Below, in pieces: positions 33,089-43,390 of a DNA stretch of 64,000 nucleotides. Source of the DNA: an uncultured delta proteobacterium. GTDB taxonomy: Bacteria > Desulfobacterota > Syntrophobacteria > Syntrophobacterales > Syntrophobacteraceae. A program made the position numbers and the translations under genes. Where the stretch lies: positions 10,228-74,227 of the forward strand of contig CAWEHK010000026.1 in the NCBI GenBank assembly GCA_963808625.1. Reading direction: 5' to 3'. The notes under the pieces are model-generated. The model ran no database searches and was not told the DNA's origin. It worked only from the letters and a program-made list of their open reading frames with translations. Every line of letters begins with the position of its first letter. Position 1 is the first letter of the stretch.

Positions 33089-34502
33089 CCGGCAAGAATC
33101 CCTTCTACGACGCGATCCATGGCCATGGACCGAGAACCCTTCACCAGGACCCAGGCATCTTTTACCACCTCGTCCCTGAGCCAGCTCACAATTTGTTCGT
33201 GACTCTCCGCATGGCGGCAGGCGGCAGCGGAAAGGCCGGCTTCCCTGGCCCCGCCGGCAATCTCCAGACTCATTTGCCCGAAGGTAATCAACTGCGCCAC
33301 CCCGAGGGCCCCAATCTGACGTCCCACCTCACGGTGCAGCGCAGCGCTCTCCGGACCCAGTTCCCTCATATCCCCCAACACTGCGACCACCGGCTTTCCC
33401 CGGCCCTCACGAGTCACCGTGCGCACCGCGGCCAGCAACGATCCCGGATTGGCGTTGTAGGTATCGTCAATCAGAATTCTGCCATCGGCAAGGCGGTGCA
33501 TCTGCATGCGCATCTTGACCGGCTGGTACTTCGCCAATCCCGCCGCAATCGCCCCTGCCGACATGCCCATCCCCCAGCCGACGGCCGCGGCGGCAAGGGC
33601 ATTCCCTACATGGTGAAACCCCAGGACCGGCAACCGCACCGTAACGCTCTCACCCCCCAGAGCTATGGCAAAGGCACTCAACCCCTCATGGGTCGCCACG
33701 TCACCGGCGAGCCTGACGTCAGCTCCAGCAGCCTTCAGGGAGTAAGTGACCGTGCGCACGTTGATCTTTTTGGAGAGCTCCACCAAACGCTCATCATCGA
33801 GATTGACCACGGCGAGATGCTCAGGCTGCAGGTTAAGCCACAGCCTTCCCTTCTCGCTCACGATCTCATCCAGGGAATGGAGGCCTTCCAGATGAGCGGG
33901 CTGGACGTTGGTGATCAGACCCACGGTTGGCCTGGTGATTTCGAGCAGCCTGGCCATTTCTCCGGGAACATTGATGCCCATCTCCACGACCGCCGCCTGG
34001 TGCTGAGGCTGAAGCGCCAGAGAGGGTGAGGGGAACCCCGATGAGGTTATTGAAATTCCCCTGGTTCTTTAAAACCTCATAGCTTTCGCTGAGAACCGCG
34101 GTCGTCATCTCCTTGGTGCTGGTTTTGCCGTTGCTCCCGGTGATGCCGACCACGGGAATGGGGTGCTGCAAGCGGTGATAACGTGCCAGTTCTCCCAAGG
34201 CATAAAGCGTATCCGGGACTTCGACGACGGCAACCTCGCCCGGGGCCGTCAAGAGAAAGGTCACCCCGTTGGTTCGAAACAACCAACGCGCCGCTCCCCT
34301 TAGCTAAAGCATCAGCTATGAAAGCATGGCCATCGGAGGACTCACCCGCAAGCGCCACAAAACAATCCCCGGGCTGAAGCCGGCGGGTGTCCGTCGAAAT
34401 ATACGCAATGGACCGATTCGGATCACCCTGCCGCAGGATACCGCCCGTCGCGGCAACAAGCTTCGCTACGGTCCAAAGTCTTTCACTGAGATCGGCGCTC
34501 AC
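33085..34502 (-). CDS. murF: UDP-MurNAc-tripeptide--D-Ala-D-Ala ligase (frameshifts near 34250 and 34015)
   Basis: STDTRR, ITGSNGKTSTKEM, NFNNLIGVPLT, DDTYNANP, LGDMRELG, VKGSR. Confidence 0.93.
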
Positions 34503-36031
34503 GATGACCTCTCTGATGCATGGATATAATCCTGGACGACCACGCGATCGTCGAACGGAAATACCTGGTTGCCAATGATCTGGTAGGTTTCGTGACCTTT
34601 TCCGCCAATAAAAACGACATCACCCGGAGCGGCCCAGGAGAGTGCCAGTCGAATTGCCTGCTTGCGGTCCACTTCGATGGTGTACGCTCTTTCTTCGGGC
34701 GCCCGGGCATCATCTTTATGGCAGGGTAAACCCATGGCTTGAATCCCCGGCTCGATCTCTCGAATGATCGCCGCCGGAATTTCGCTGCGGGGATTGTCAC
34801 TGGTCACGATCACGAGATCGCCGAAGCGCGCCGCGACTTGGCCCATCAGGGGACGCTTGGCCCGGTCGCGGTCACCGCCGCAGCCAAAAACCACAAGGAG
34901 GCGCCCTTTTGTCATTTCCTTCAAACAAGACAGGGCCTTCTCCATGGCGTCAGGGGTGTGGGCATAGTCCACCACCACCTCGAAGCCCCACTCAGGTGGG
35001 ACCGGGACACGCTGAAGCCGCCCATCCACCAGGGACACATCGTGCAGGCCGGCGCTGATCGCTTCCCCGGACACCCCCAGAGCCAGTGCCGTGGTGGCGG
35101 CCGCCAGGAGATTGTAGAGATTAAGGCGCCCAAGCAGCGGGGAGCTGATCTTGAGGTCACCGCAAGGCGTGGCCAGCGTGGTTTGAATGCCTGAATGCTC
35201 GAGTTGCGCATCCTTCACCCAGACCCTGGCTTCCCGGTCATGGGTTGAGTAGCTCCAGAGGTCTCTATGAAGCTCCTTACTCAAGCGTTTTCCGTGAGGG
35301 TCATCGGTGTTGATGACGCTTGTAAAGTTTTCCGCCCTGGTGGAAACCTCGCCTGCGAAGAGCAGCGTCTTGGCAGCAAAGTACTCGTCCATGGTAGCAT
35401 GAAAATCCAGGTGGTCCTGCGAAAGGTTGGTGAAGACGCCGACATCAAAGAGACATCCCTCAACCCTTCGCAGGGCCAGGGCATGCGAGGATACCTCCAT
35501 GACCACGTGGGTAACGCCGTCCTCGTTCATTTCACTGAAAAAGCGCTGCAGGTCCAAAGCCTCAGGAGTAGTCATGGGAGCAGTCTTCCGCTTGTCCGCC
35601 CAGCGGTAGCCAAGCGTTCCGACCACCCCAACCCGGCCGCCGTCTTGCTTCAGAATACTCTCGATCAAAAAAGTGGTGGTCGTCTTGCCGTTGGTCCCCG
35701 TTACGCCGATGAGCCGGAACTTGGCCGAGGGGTTTTCATAAAAGTTCAGCGCCAGCTTTGCCAGAGCTTTGCGGCTGTCGGGCACCCGCACGAAGGTTAC
35801 CTGAGAAAAGCTGTTGGGTGCAACCTCTGCGATGATCACCGGCGCTCCCCGGCGAATTGCCTCAGGAATAAATTGACTCCCATCCACATGGGTCCCGGGA
35901 AGTGCCACAAACACGTTGCCCGCTTCCACCCGGCGGCTGTCGTAGGCAATGCCGCTCACCGGCGTCTGCAGATCTCCCCGGCTTTCTTTTACTGCCAAAC
36001 CGTCAATGATGGTGGCCAGACTTTTGATCAC
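34499..36031 (-). CDS. murE: UDP-MurNAc-dipeptide--meso-DAP ligase
   Basis: GTNGKTT, MEVSSH, DYAHTPD, GCGGDRD, DNPR (DAP specificity), GKGHE. Confidence 0.96.
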   Translation of the reverse strand: MIKSLATIIDGLAVKESRGDLQTPVSGIAYDSRRVEAGNVFVALPGTHVDGSQFIPEAIRRGAPVIIAEVAPNSFSQVTFVRVPDSRKALAKLALNFYENPSAKFRLIGVTGTNGKTTTTFLIESILKQDGGRVGVVGTLGYRWADKRKTAPMTTPEALDLQRFFSEMNEDGVTHVVMEVSSHALALRRVEGCLFDVGVFTNLSQDHLDFHATMDEYFAAKTLLFAGEVSTRAENFTSVINTDDPHGKRLSKELHRDLWSYSTHDREARVWVKDAQLEHSGIQTTLATPCGDLKISSPLLGRLNLYNLLAAATTALALGVSGEAISAGLHDVSLVDGRLQRVPVPPEWGFEVVVDYAHTPDAMEKALSCLKEMTKGRLLVVFGCGGDRDRAKRPLMGQVAARFGDLVIVTSDNPRSEIPAAIIREIEPGIQAMGLPCHKDDARAPEERAYTIEVDRKQAIRLALSWAAPGDVVFIGGKGHETYQIIGNQVFPFDDRVVVQDYIHASERSS

Positions 36032-36056
36032 TTACGGAATCGCTCCTCTTTCTCCC

Positions 36057-38036
36057 TCAAGGCACCCGGTTCATAACCAGGTCCACCTTGGCTTTGGGCC
36101 TGACCATTGCTTCCATGCCGGAAGATACGGTAACCGGTTTTCCCGCGGGCTGCAATTTCGTCTGAATCCCAGGAGACACCGGACCCTTTGAGGCCGCCTT
36201 GTCCTCCCTTGCGGGCGCGCCAGCAGGTCCCCCCGGGCTCTTCTTTACTGCGGCCGTGGTCGTTTTCGTCGCCTTGTTGTGGGTGGCGCTTGCCGTATGG
36301 ACTCCTGGGGGCAGCGAGGGGGTGCCTGCGGCGGGAAATACTCCGAGATAAGGTAGGGCCCTGGCGGCAATGTTTCGGAACACCGGCGCCGCAACTACGC
36401 CCCCATAAATAGCGCCGTGGGGTTCATGGATGACCACGCTAATCGCCAAGCGGGGCCGATCTGCCGGAATAAAGCCGGTAAAAATGGAAGTATATTTGCT
36501 CGAGGCATAGTGCCTTGTTTGCGGATCCAAGACCTGAGCCGTACCCGTCTTCCCCGCAGCAGCGTACCCTTCCGGGGCCGCCTTCACTCCCGTCCCACCT
36601 TCCTGCGTAACAGACCCATCATATCACAAATCTGCTTCGCTGTCTTTTGCTGAATCACTCGCCGGAACGGCCTGGTATGAAGCGGTTCGTAACTTTCGCC
36701 CTGACCGTCGAGGATTTGCTTTACAATAATTGGTTGACCGATTTCTCCGCCATTGGCGAGAGCTGCCATCCCCGTGGTGAGCTGCAGCGAGGTCACGCCA
36801 ATGCTCTGGCCAAAACCTGTGGTCGCGAGATCGATTGGGCGCCATTTCTTGCCCGACCGCACCAGACCCCGGACTTCACCCGGAAGCGCGATGCCCGTCC
36901 TCGAGCCGAAACCAAACCCTTTAATGTAGCTTGTAGAAGCGCTCACTTCCCAACTGCAGCGCGATCTTACTGGCCGCAATGTTGCTCGAATATTTGATCA
37001 CTTCCGGCATGGTAAGCCACCCATACGGGTGGACATCATTGATGGTATGACCGGCGAGTTGGATTTTCCCGTTTTCGCAGAAGATGCGATCGCGCTCCTT
37101 GACCGTTCCCTCCTCGAGGGCCGCACTCATAAGAAAAATCTTGAAGGTGGAACCGGGTTCAAAGGAATCCGTAATCGTGCGGTTGCGCCAGACCTCGGCA
37201 CTGCTCTTGTTGCTCAGGTTCGGATCAAAGGGCGGCCAGTTGGCCATCGCCAGCACTTCAAAGGTCCGCGTGTCCAGAACCACGACTTCTCCTGCCCTGG
37301 CTCGATATTGATGCACCGCCTTCTCGAGTTCATATTCGGCCAGGTACTGGACAAACGCATCCAATGTCAGGCGCACGCCGAAATTTTCCATCGGCTCCGG
37401 CGGCGGTGCGGAGTCCAGCCAGAGGCATTTCCTGATGCCATCCCGGACCTGACCAACGGCTGCAATATTCTCTCGCAGAAGCTGGTCGAAGCCCTTTTCA
37501 ACCCCTTCCAGGCCGGTCCCATCCACGCCGACAAAACCCAGGACCTGACCGCCCACCTGCCCGTAAGGATAAAATCGCTTATACTCGTCTACCAGGTTCA
37601 GACCCGGTTGCTTCAGGCGCTCGACAGCGATGGCCTGCTGGTCGGTGAGGTGGCGCTTGAGCCAGACAAAATGGCGCGAGCACGATAGTTTTCCGGCAAT
37701 GAACGATTCACTCTCATCCAGGACCGGGGCCAGGTGGGCCGCCAGCCGACCGGGAGCGTCCACCATCCCGGCATCGACAAAAAGGGATCGCTGGGGTACG
37801 GAAAAAGAGAGGAGGCGCCCCTGGCAGTCATAGATGGAACCCCGATAAGTTGGCACGCGAATGGTCGTTTCCGTCTGATTTATTGCTCTTTCCAACCAGA
37901 GGGGATGTTCAATGATCTGCAATCGGGAAGCCCGCGCAAGGATGACGCAGAAGCCCAGGATGACCAGCGTGTTGAAAAAGACATAGTAGGACGAGTAACG
38001 AGCACTTCGGTACCTGCCAGGGTTGCGCCTCTCCAC
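36057..38036 (-). CDS. ftsI: Penicillin-binding protein 3 (frameshifts near 36920 and 36605)
   Basis: RGSIYD, SxxK (GSTFK), SxN (SSN), KTG (GKTGTAQ). Confidence 0.92.
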
Positions 38037-38064
38037 CTTCAGCCCCTTTCCTTTCGTAATCTGT

Positions 38065-38406
38065 TCACGGCACTGACAACTTCTGTTCAGACCTGGGTGG
38101 ATTTAACCCAAATTCTTTTTGTCCCAACTGTTCCAAGTGGTGGGGGTCCTGAAAACGGGACCATTCCAGTCGCAATTTTCTTTGTACGGTGACCAGTTGT
38201 TCGTACTCAGCCTGGAGGCTCGCAAGGCGATAGCCGTTCTGGACCTGCTGAACGTAGAGCCAGATGTAAAAGACGGCACCAAGAACGAAGACCGCCCCCA
38301 GGACCGCAGCAAGCAGGACCAACGCCCTCAAACCGAGCGAAGAAGGACGCTTCGGCATGTCCTCAAAATCGCTGGCAGGCTTTAAGTTCTGCACCGGATC
38401 AGCCAC
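38065..38406 (-). CDS. ftsL: Cell division protein FtsL
   Basis: Small TM plus coiled-coil protein between rsmH and ftsI. Confidence 0.8.
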   Translation of the reverse strand: MADPVQNLKPASDFEDMPKRPSSLGLRALVLLAAVLGAVFVLGAVFYIWLYVQQVQNGYRLASLQAEYEQLVTVQRKLRLEWSRFQDPHHLEQLGQKEFGLNPPRSEQKLSVP

Positions 38407-38424
38407 CCTTCCCCGTCCTTCTGT

Positions 38425-39405
38425 TCAGGCCACCTGGTCAAAATTGTTCGAACCCTTTCCCCATTTTTCCACGGCACGAAGGCGGGCGCTCCGCGCGCTT
38501 GGATTCCTGTCGATTTCCTCGGGACCCGGACGAAGTGGCCGCCGGGTCAAGAGTTTCACCAAAGGCTGCCCGGAACACTGACACCGTGGAATATGCTTCG
38601 GGCAGGTACATGATTTTGACCACTCCCGGAACCTTTGCTTGATGATGCGATCTTCCAGAGAATGAAAAGCAACGGTGCACAGTCGCCCTCCCGGTTTCAT
38701 GAGATCGAGAACCTGAGCGAGGAACTCTTCCAGGGATTCCAACTCATGATTTACCGCCAGGCGCAGGGCCTGAAAGGTGCGGGTCGCCGGGTGTATTCGA
38801 AGACTATCTTTGGTCTTGGGGACGACCTTTTCGATCTCCTTGGCAAGCTCGAGAGTCGTCGTAAACGATGCGACCCGGCGCCGTGAAGCAAGAGCGCGGG
38901 CGATGCGCGAAGCCCATCGCTCCTCTCCGAGATCACGGATCAGGCTCGCCAGCTCCCGTTCGGAGAGGGTATTCACCAGCTCTGCTGCAGTCTGCGGAAG
39001 GCCTCGATCCATGCGCATATCCAACGGCCCGTCGACCATAAAGCTGAATCCCCGTTCAGCATCTGTGATTTGGAAGGTGGATACACCCAGGTCGACCACA
39101 ATGCCATCGACCGGCCCCTGACCAAGTTGTTCCAGGATGTAACGAAGATCTGCGAAGTTCGCTTGGGCTAAGAGCAACCTGTTTTGATAGGCAGACAGTC
39201 TGGTTTGAACTCGTGCTATGGCAGCGGCATCACAATCAAGCGCAATCAACACGCCATCGGGGGCGCTCGCTTGCAGAATCGCCTCGGCGTATCCTCCTCC
39301 ACCAACCGTTCCATCAACGTACACCCCACCCGCATGGCATCCCAGAAGTCCCATGACAGCTTCGCACAAGACCGGAACATGGGGGCGTCCTGTCGCTTCA
39401 TCCAT
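38425..39405 (-). CDS. rsmH: 16S rRNA m4C1402 methyltransferase
   Basis: HVPVL, DGTVGGGG, DLGVS, DGPLDMRMD, HPATRTFQALR, FHSLEDR. Confidence 0.96.
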   Translation of the reverse strand: MDEATGRPHVPVLCEAVMGLLGCHAGGVYVDGTVGGGGYAEAILQASAPDGVLIALDCDAAAIARVQTRLSAYQNRLLLAQANFADLRYILEQLGQGPVDGIVVDLGVSTFQITDAERGFSFMVDGPLDMRMDRGLPQTAAELVNTLSERELASLIRDLGEERWASRIARALASRRRVASFTTTLELAKEIEKVVPKTKDSLRIHPATRTFQALRLAVNHELESLEEFLAQVLDLMKPGGRLCTVAFHSLEDRIIKQRFREWSKSCTCPKHIPRCQCSGQPLVKLLTRRPLRPGPEEIDRNPSARSARLRAVEKWGKGSNNFDQVA

Positions 39406-39411
39406 TGGCCT

Positions 39412-39874
39412 CTAAAGTCCGGTAATAGCTACCTTTTCCATAATTTGGCGATATTGCTCCGGGCTCCAGTCGAGCTGTTTCTCCCAGGCCGCTTTGTCCC
39501 AGATCTCGAAGCTTTTGAGCATTCCCGCGAGCACGACTTCCTGCTTCAGGCCCACTTTGGTTCTCAGGAAGAGAGGAATGAGAACCCTTCCCTGATCATC
39601 AAATTCACACTCCTGTGCGCTTGAAATGAAACGCCGCATGAACGCGCGTTGTTCGGGCTGGATCACGGAAAAATCCTCCGCTTTGGCCTCGATCTCTTCC
39701 CAGTTTTCCGGCGGGTAGGCCACCAGGCATTGCTTCCAGCATCGTGACGATCAGCGAATCAGAGTAATGGTTTTGCAGGACTTCGCGATATTTTGTGGGA
39801 ATCCTCAGGCGCCCTTTGGCGTCGAGGCGATTGAGCGACTGTCCTCGAAAGTGAGGCCGTTGCAGGATTCCCAC
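39412..39874 (-). CDS. mraZ: Transcriptional regulator MraZ (frameshift near 39730)
   Basis: FRGQ...LDAKGRLRIP and DDQGRVLIP repeats, FEIWD; start codon uncertain. Confidence 0.9.
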
Positions 39875-39904
39875 TTTTCCCCCCAAATTCCCATATTTTC
39901 CCAC
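39870..39904 (-). promoter_or_regulatory. MraZ binding boxes: four (G/A)TGGG-like repeats at 10-bp period
   Basis: Minus strand GTGGGaaaatATGGGaatttGGGGGgaaaaGTGGG, matching the known MraZ direct-repeat arrangement. Confidence 0.75.
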
Positions 39905-39913
39905 TTGCGACCA

Positions 39914-39941
39914 CTAATATCTATTTTTCAGCCTTTGTCAA
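39914..39941 (-). promoter_or_regulatory. Putative sigma70 promoter of the dcw operon
   Basis: TTGACA-N16-TATTAG just upstream of the MraZ boxes. Confidence 0.5.
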
Positions 39942-40208
39942 ATAGAATTACCGGGTTGAGTGAAATATTTTTGCTTTGCGGTCCGGCATCGACTCGGAGC
40001 GGAGGTCTGGCGAATCATGAAAATTGCTTCTCCTGTTCCATTTCATTTGTCGCGAACTGCCAGATTGTGTTAAGGAAAGGACGGGTCGGTGGGATGCCTG
40101 ACGGGGTATTTCATCTTGCCTCAGAAAAGCCTCTGCTCAGCCCCTAAAGGCCTTCCTTCCATGCGGCAGAGGCTTTTTTGCCTTGACCATGACGAGAGAG
40201 GCAGCACC

Positions 40209-40409
40209 GTGACACAGGATGAAGAAATTATCCTTCGGTACGCGAAGGAGATCATCGTCAAATTCATCGAACTGGGGAGGGTTTCGCCCAGCAGTTTTGG
40301 CGACCAGTTCAGGAACATCTACTGGAGCCTCAAGAACACCCTCGTCGATGCGCGCCTGCCAAAGCTGGATGAAGACTTTCCCGGCGACGATCCTGCCCAG
40401 GACGGGTGA
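40209..40409 (+). CDS. Small hypothetical protein
   Basis: RBS GAGAGG plus GTG; AKEIIVKFIELGRVSP amphipathic motif. Confidence 0.65.
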   Translation: MTQDEEIILRYAKEIIVKFIELGRVSPSSFGDQFRNIYWSLKNTLVDARLPKLDEDFPGDDPAQDG

Positions 40410-40428
40410 CGGGAAAAGATCAGAGGGG

Positions 40429-40454
40429 GAGGGGTGAGGCACAGCCCACCCCTC
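40429..40454. terminator. Hairpin between convergent genes (possible terminator)
   Basis: GAGGGGTGAGGC-ACA-GCCCACCCCTC. Confidence 0.4.
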
Positions 40455-40461
40455 TTCGATT

Positions 40462-40707
40462 TTATGCGAGGAGCATTTTCGCGAGGTAATCAAGGATATC
40501 TTTTACGGTTCGAATCTTTTCCGCTTCCTCATCGGGGATTTCCAGATCGAACGCTTCCTCGAGGGCCATGACCAGTTCCACAACGTCCAGGGAATCGGCG
40601 CCCAGATCGTCCACCACATTGGCCTCGGCCGTAACCATTTCCTTGTCGACTCCCAATTGATTGGCGATGATGTCGACAACCTTCTTCTGCATTTCATTCC
40701 GGTCCAT
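40462..40707 (-). CDS. acpP: Acyl carrier protein
   Basis: [20 protein letters not shown]; strong RBS AGGAGG. Confidence 0.96.
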   Translation of the reverse strand: MDRNEMQKKVVDIIANQLGVDKEMVTAEANVVDDLGADSLDVVELVMALEEAFDLEIPDEEAEKIRTVKDILDYLAKMLLA

Positions 40708-41656
40708 TCTTTCCTCCTGATCGGTCAGCATCTGTTCCAACCCTGGAACGGTTTACAAATCCATAAAAAAGCACTTCCAAAACACCGGGCAATTCTTCCG
40801 CAAGGGAATAACTGCAATCATGTGCCAGCCACTTCTGGATGATCCCGTGGATGAAACCCATCACGCCATAGAAGACTGTCTGAAAATCGAGCGGTTTGAG
40901 CAAACCGTCCAGACTGGCCTTCTGGACCTTCTTCTTCAGCAGGGGGATGCGCCGCTTGACCTGCTTCAGGTAGAGGTCCTGAACCTGCACTCCGACATCG
41001 AGGCGCTCCTGCGCCAGGAGCCGGTACAGGCGCTGATTACGGTCGAAAAATTCAAAGTAGACCCGCACGTATTTGGTAATCATGGTGAGGACATCATCCT
41101 GACCATCAAGAATGGTCCTGGCCTTGCTTTCGAGTTCTTCCAGGCGCTGTCGCACCAACTCATGGAAGAGGGTTTCCTTATTGGCAAAATAGCGGTAAAG
41201 GGTCCCTTTTCCCACCCCGGCCCGCTCGGCCACCTCATCCATGGTTGCAACGTGGAACCCCTTTTCCGAAAAGACCCCAAGGGCAGCCTCCAGGACTCGT
41301 TCACGCGTGGCAGCTCTCGCGGAAACCTTGTGGTCGTCGCCGGGTTCGGCTTCGCCCATCATCCTCTCCAAAACCTTCCCAAAGAATAGCTCGGGGGCAA
41401 TGTCCCGGTCCTTGGCCACTTGTTGAAACGCGGCGACGAACCCGGTAAGGGGATAGCGGGTGGAAACCATTTTTTGTTTGAACGCATCGCGCAATTCGAG
41501 AAAACACCCGACCAGTTCATCGAGAATTTGGTTCCCGGGTTGATCGGCGTCCAAAAAATCGCCCAACTTCGCGACGATGACCTCCGGTGTCTTGCTCCCG
41601 TGAACCAGTTCTCTCATAAAACGCTGTTGTTGTTGCCGTTTGCTTTCCCTGGGCAC
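40694..41656 (-). CDS. TetR/AcrR-family regulator with a long N-terminal extension
   Basis: Central [34 protein letters not shown] at 41656 preceded by GGAGAGAGG; ATG at 41698 is an alternative start. Confidence 0.85.
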   Translation of the reverse strand: MPRESKRQQQQRFMRELVHGSKTPEVIVAKLGDFLDADQPGNQILDELVGCFLELRDAFKQKMVSTRYPLTGFVAAFQQVAKDRDIAPELFFGKVLERMMGEAEPGDDHKVSARAATRERVLEAALGVFSEKGFHVATMDEVAERAGVGKGTLYRYFANKETLFHELVRQRLEELESKARTILDGQDDVLTMITKYVRVYFEFFDRNQRLYRLLAQERLDVGVQVQDLYLKQVKRRIPLLKKKVQKASLDGLLKPLDFQTVFYGVMGFIHGIIQKWLAHDCSYSLAEELPGVLEVLFYGFVNRSRVGTDADRSGGKNGPE

Positions 41657-41680
41657 GACCTCTCTCCCGTTTGTGTCCCT

Positions 41681-41709
41681 GACGGACTGGTCGGTCATAA
41701 ATCATAGCA
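41681..41709 (-). promoter_or_regulatory. Extended -10 promoter with an adjacent palindromic putative TetR operator
   Basis: Minus strand TGcTATGAT followed by GACCGACCAGTCCGTC (12/16 self-complementary). Confidence 0.5.
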
Positions 41710-41786
41710 TGAAAATAAAGTCAAGAAGGTTGTCGGGTGAAGGTCAGAAAATACCGGTCTGCTTGGGAAAGAAAGTGGCGCGGCGA

Positions 41787-42248
41787 TCAGAGCGAAGCGT
41801 CGTAGACAGACGTCCGCAGCCCCTGCTTCTGAGCATAACCACGAAGGATCGCCCGTTCGGTGCCACGGGTCAGGTCATACCGGGACAATGACGAGATGGG
41901 AACGAAGGCGCATGCCAGGACATCACTGGCGGGAGCGGGTTCCCCAGCGTTGCACTCACAGAGAAAATCAAGAAGAATATAATGGTATTCGATGGTTCCG
42001 GCCTGATCCAGGATTACCCGATCCAATGCCACCACCAGATCACGGACCTGAACCTCGAGCCCGACTTCCTCCTTGACTTCGCGCACGACCGCTTCCTGCA
42101 GCGATTCCCCCAGTTCGACCAAGCCCCCCGGAACTGACCACTTCCCGGCAGACGGCTCGGTTCCCCGCTGGATTAGAAGCACCTCGTCATCGCGGAAAAT
42201 GATCGCCCCGACACCAACCAGAGGTCGTTCGGGATAACGCCGATTCAT
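41787..42248 (-). CDS. NUDIX hydrolase
   Basis: Nudix box [24 protein letters not shown]. Confidence 0.92.
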   Translation of the reverse strand: MNRRYPERPLVGVGAIIFRDDEVLLIQRGTEPSAGKWSVPGGLVELGESLQEAVVREVKEEVGLEVQVRDLVVALDRVILDQAGTIEYHYILLDFLCECNAGEPAPASDVLACAFVPISSLSRYDLTRGTERAILRGYAQKQGLRTSVYDASL

Positions 42249-42307
42249 GCGGTCTTGCCTCCAACTTCAGGGCAGCATCCGGCAGCCATGCACCGGGAAA
42301 AGAACCT

Positions 42308-42435
42308 CACCGCGGAGACGCAGAGGACGCCGAGAGAAAAAGAGCATCCAAATCGTGTCACCTATTGCCCGAAACAAGCGTAATCTGCAATCCAAAATCC
42401 AACGTTCTTCTCCGCGAACTCCGCGTCTCCGCGTG
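42308..42435. repeat. CTCTGCG-type inverted repeat element with short internal heptamers
   Basis: CACCGCGGAGACGCAGAGGACGCCGAGAG ... CTCCGCGAACTCCGCGTCTCCGCGTG; AATCTGC/AATCCAA units between the arms. Confidence 0.7.
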
Positions 42436-42451
42436 CGAAAAAAGAAGGATG

Positions 42452-43123
42452 TCACGGCTTACAGTAACGACACGGGCGATAGCCCTGCTCCAGCCCCGTC
42501 CAACGATCCGGGAAATGGATCCTGGCCCTGGTGGCGACCTTTTTTCCCAAGGCACATTCGGAGCGATGAAAGACAAAACTCCTCCGGTTTCCGAGGTAGG
42601 CCTTTGCCGGCACCACCGGACATCTACCCCACATGCCCTGGCGTTGATGGATTGCCTCCCGCTGGTACCGAAGGAATTCCTCCAAGCGTCTGAAGTTCTT
42701 GGATGTTCTATAGACATAGGCAGAACCCGCGCGCAGCATTTCGAGGTTCGCACACCCGCCATCCGGCAAAATCACGTAAGCCAGGAAGCGACCGTGAGGA
42801 TCGAGCACCTCACGCTCATATTGCAGCGACACCTGTTTATGGAGCACCAGGTCGCTGTTCATCCTCTTCGCCTCATCCCCGAAACAGTCTGCTTTGGCCC
42901 TGCCATGAGCCACCTCGGGCGCGTCGACGCCCAGGTAGCGGATCTTTTCGCCGCTATCCAGGATAATGGTATCCCCATCGCAGACCACAACCACCTTACC
43001 GGAACTCGGAGGGACACGCCCCCAACATGAAGCGGGTGTTCCCTGCAGGGCGGTCATCAGCAGAATGATCAGCCAGCACTTCAGAATCGTGAGGCTTCGT
43101 TGACCGACGCTATTCCCGGGCAT
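42452..43123 (-). CDS. Thermonuclease (SNase) with a C-terminal Ada-type Zn-binding domain, exported
   Basis: DGDTI, IRYLGVDAPE, DPHGRFLAYV, FHRSEC...GYRPCRYCKP. Confidence 0.88.
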   Translation of the reverse strand: MPGNSVGQRSLTILKCWLIILLMTALQGTPASCWGRVPPSSGKVVVVCDGDTIILDSGEKIRYLGVDAPEVAHGRAKADCFGDEAKRMNSDLVLHKQVSLQYEREVLDPHGRFLAYVILPDGGCANLEMLRAGSAYVYRTSKNFRRLEEFLRYQREAIHQRQGMWGRCPVVPAKAYLGNRRSFVFHRSECALGKKVATRARIHFPDRWTGLEQGYRPCRYCKP

Positions 43124-43224
43124 GCGCCATTTCCCTTTCTAACAACGCACTGTTTTTGGCTGCTCTTCCGCCCTCGAGCCAAGAGGAGGCTTTCTGCGGA
43201 TAAGTCGGTGAAAGCTCCCCTTTG

Positions 43225-43390
43225 AAGACTATCTCAAAACTGGCTTACCCCGTAACCCCGGCGGAAGCCGGGGTCCAGAATCCCCCTAGGAACCTGAATC
43301 CCTACGAAAACCTGGATTCCGGCTTTCGCCGGAATGACGTTCAATGGCGTTTTGACCATAATGGCGTTTTGACCATCTTGAGACAGTTCC
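43225..43390. mobile_element. MITE-like element (GAGACTATCTCA family) abutting the alaC stop codon
   Basis: AAGACTATCTCAAAA...TTGAGACAGTTCC; internal REP doublet and short internal duplications (AATGGCGTTTTGACCAT x2). Confidence 0.85.

Noticed and set aside
24590..39874. Programmed frameshifting or pseudogenisation of dcw genes
   Set aside because: No consistent slippery motifs; these are essential genes and the pattern fits indel errors
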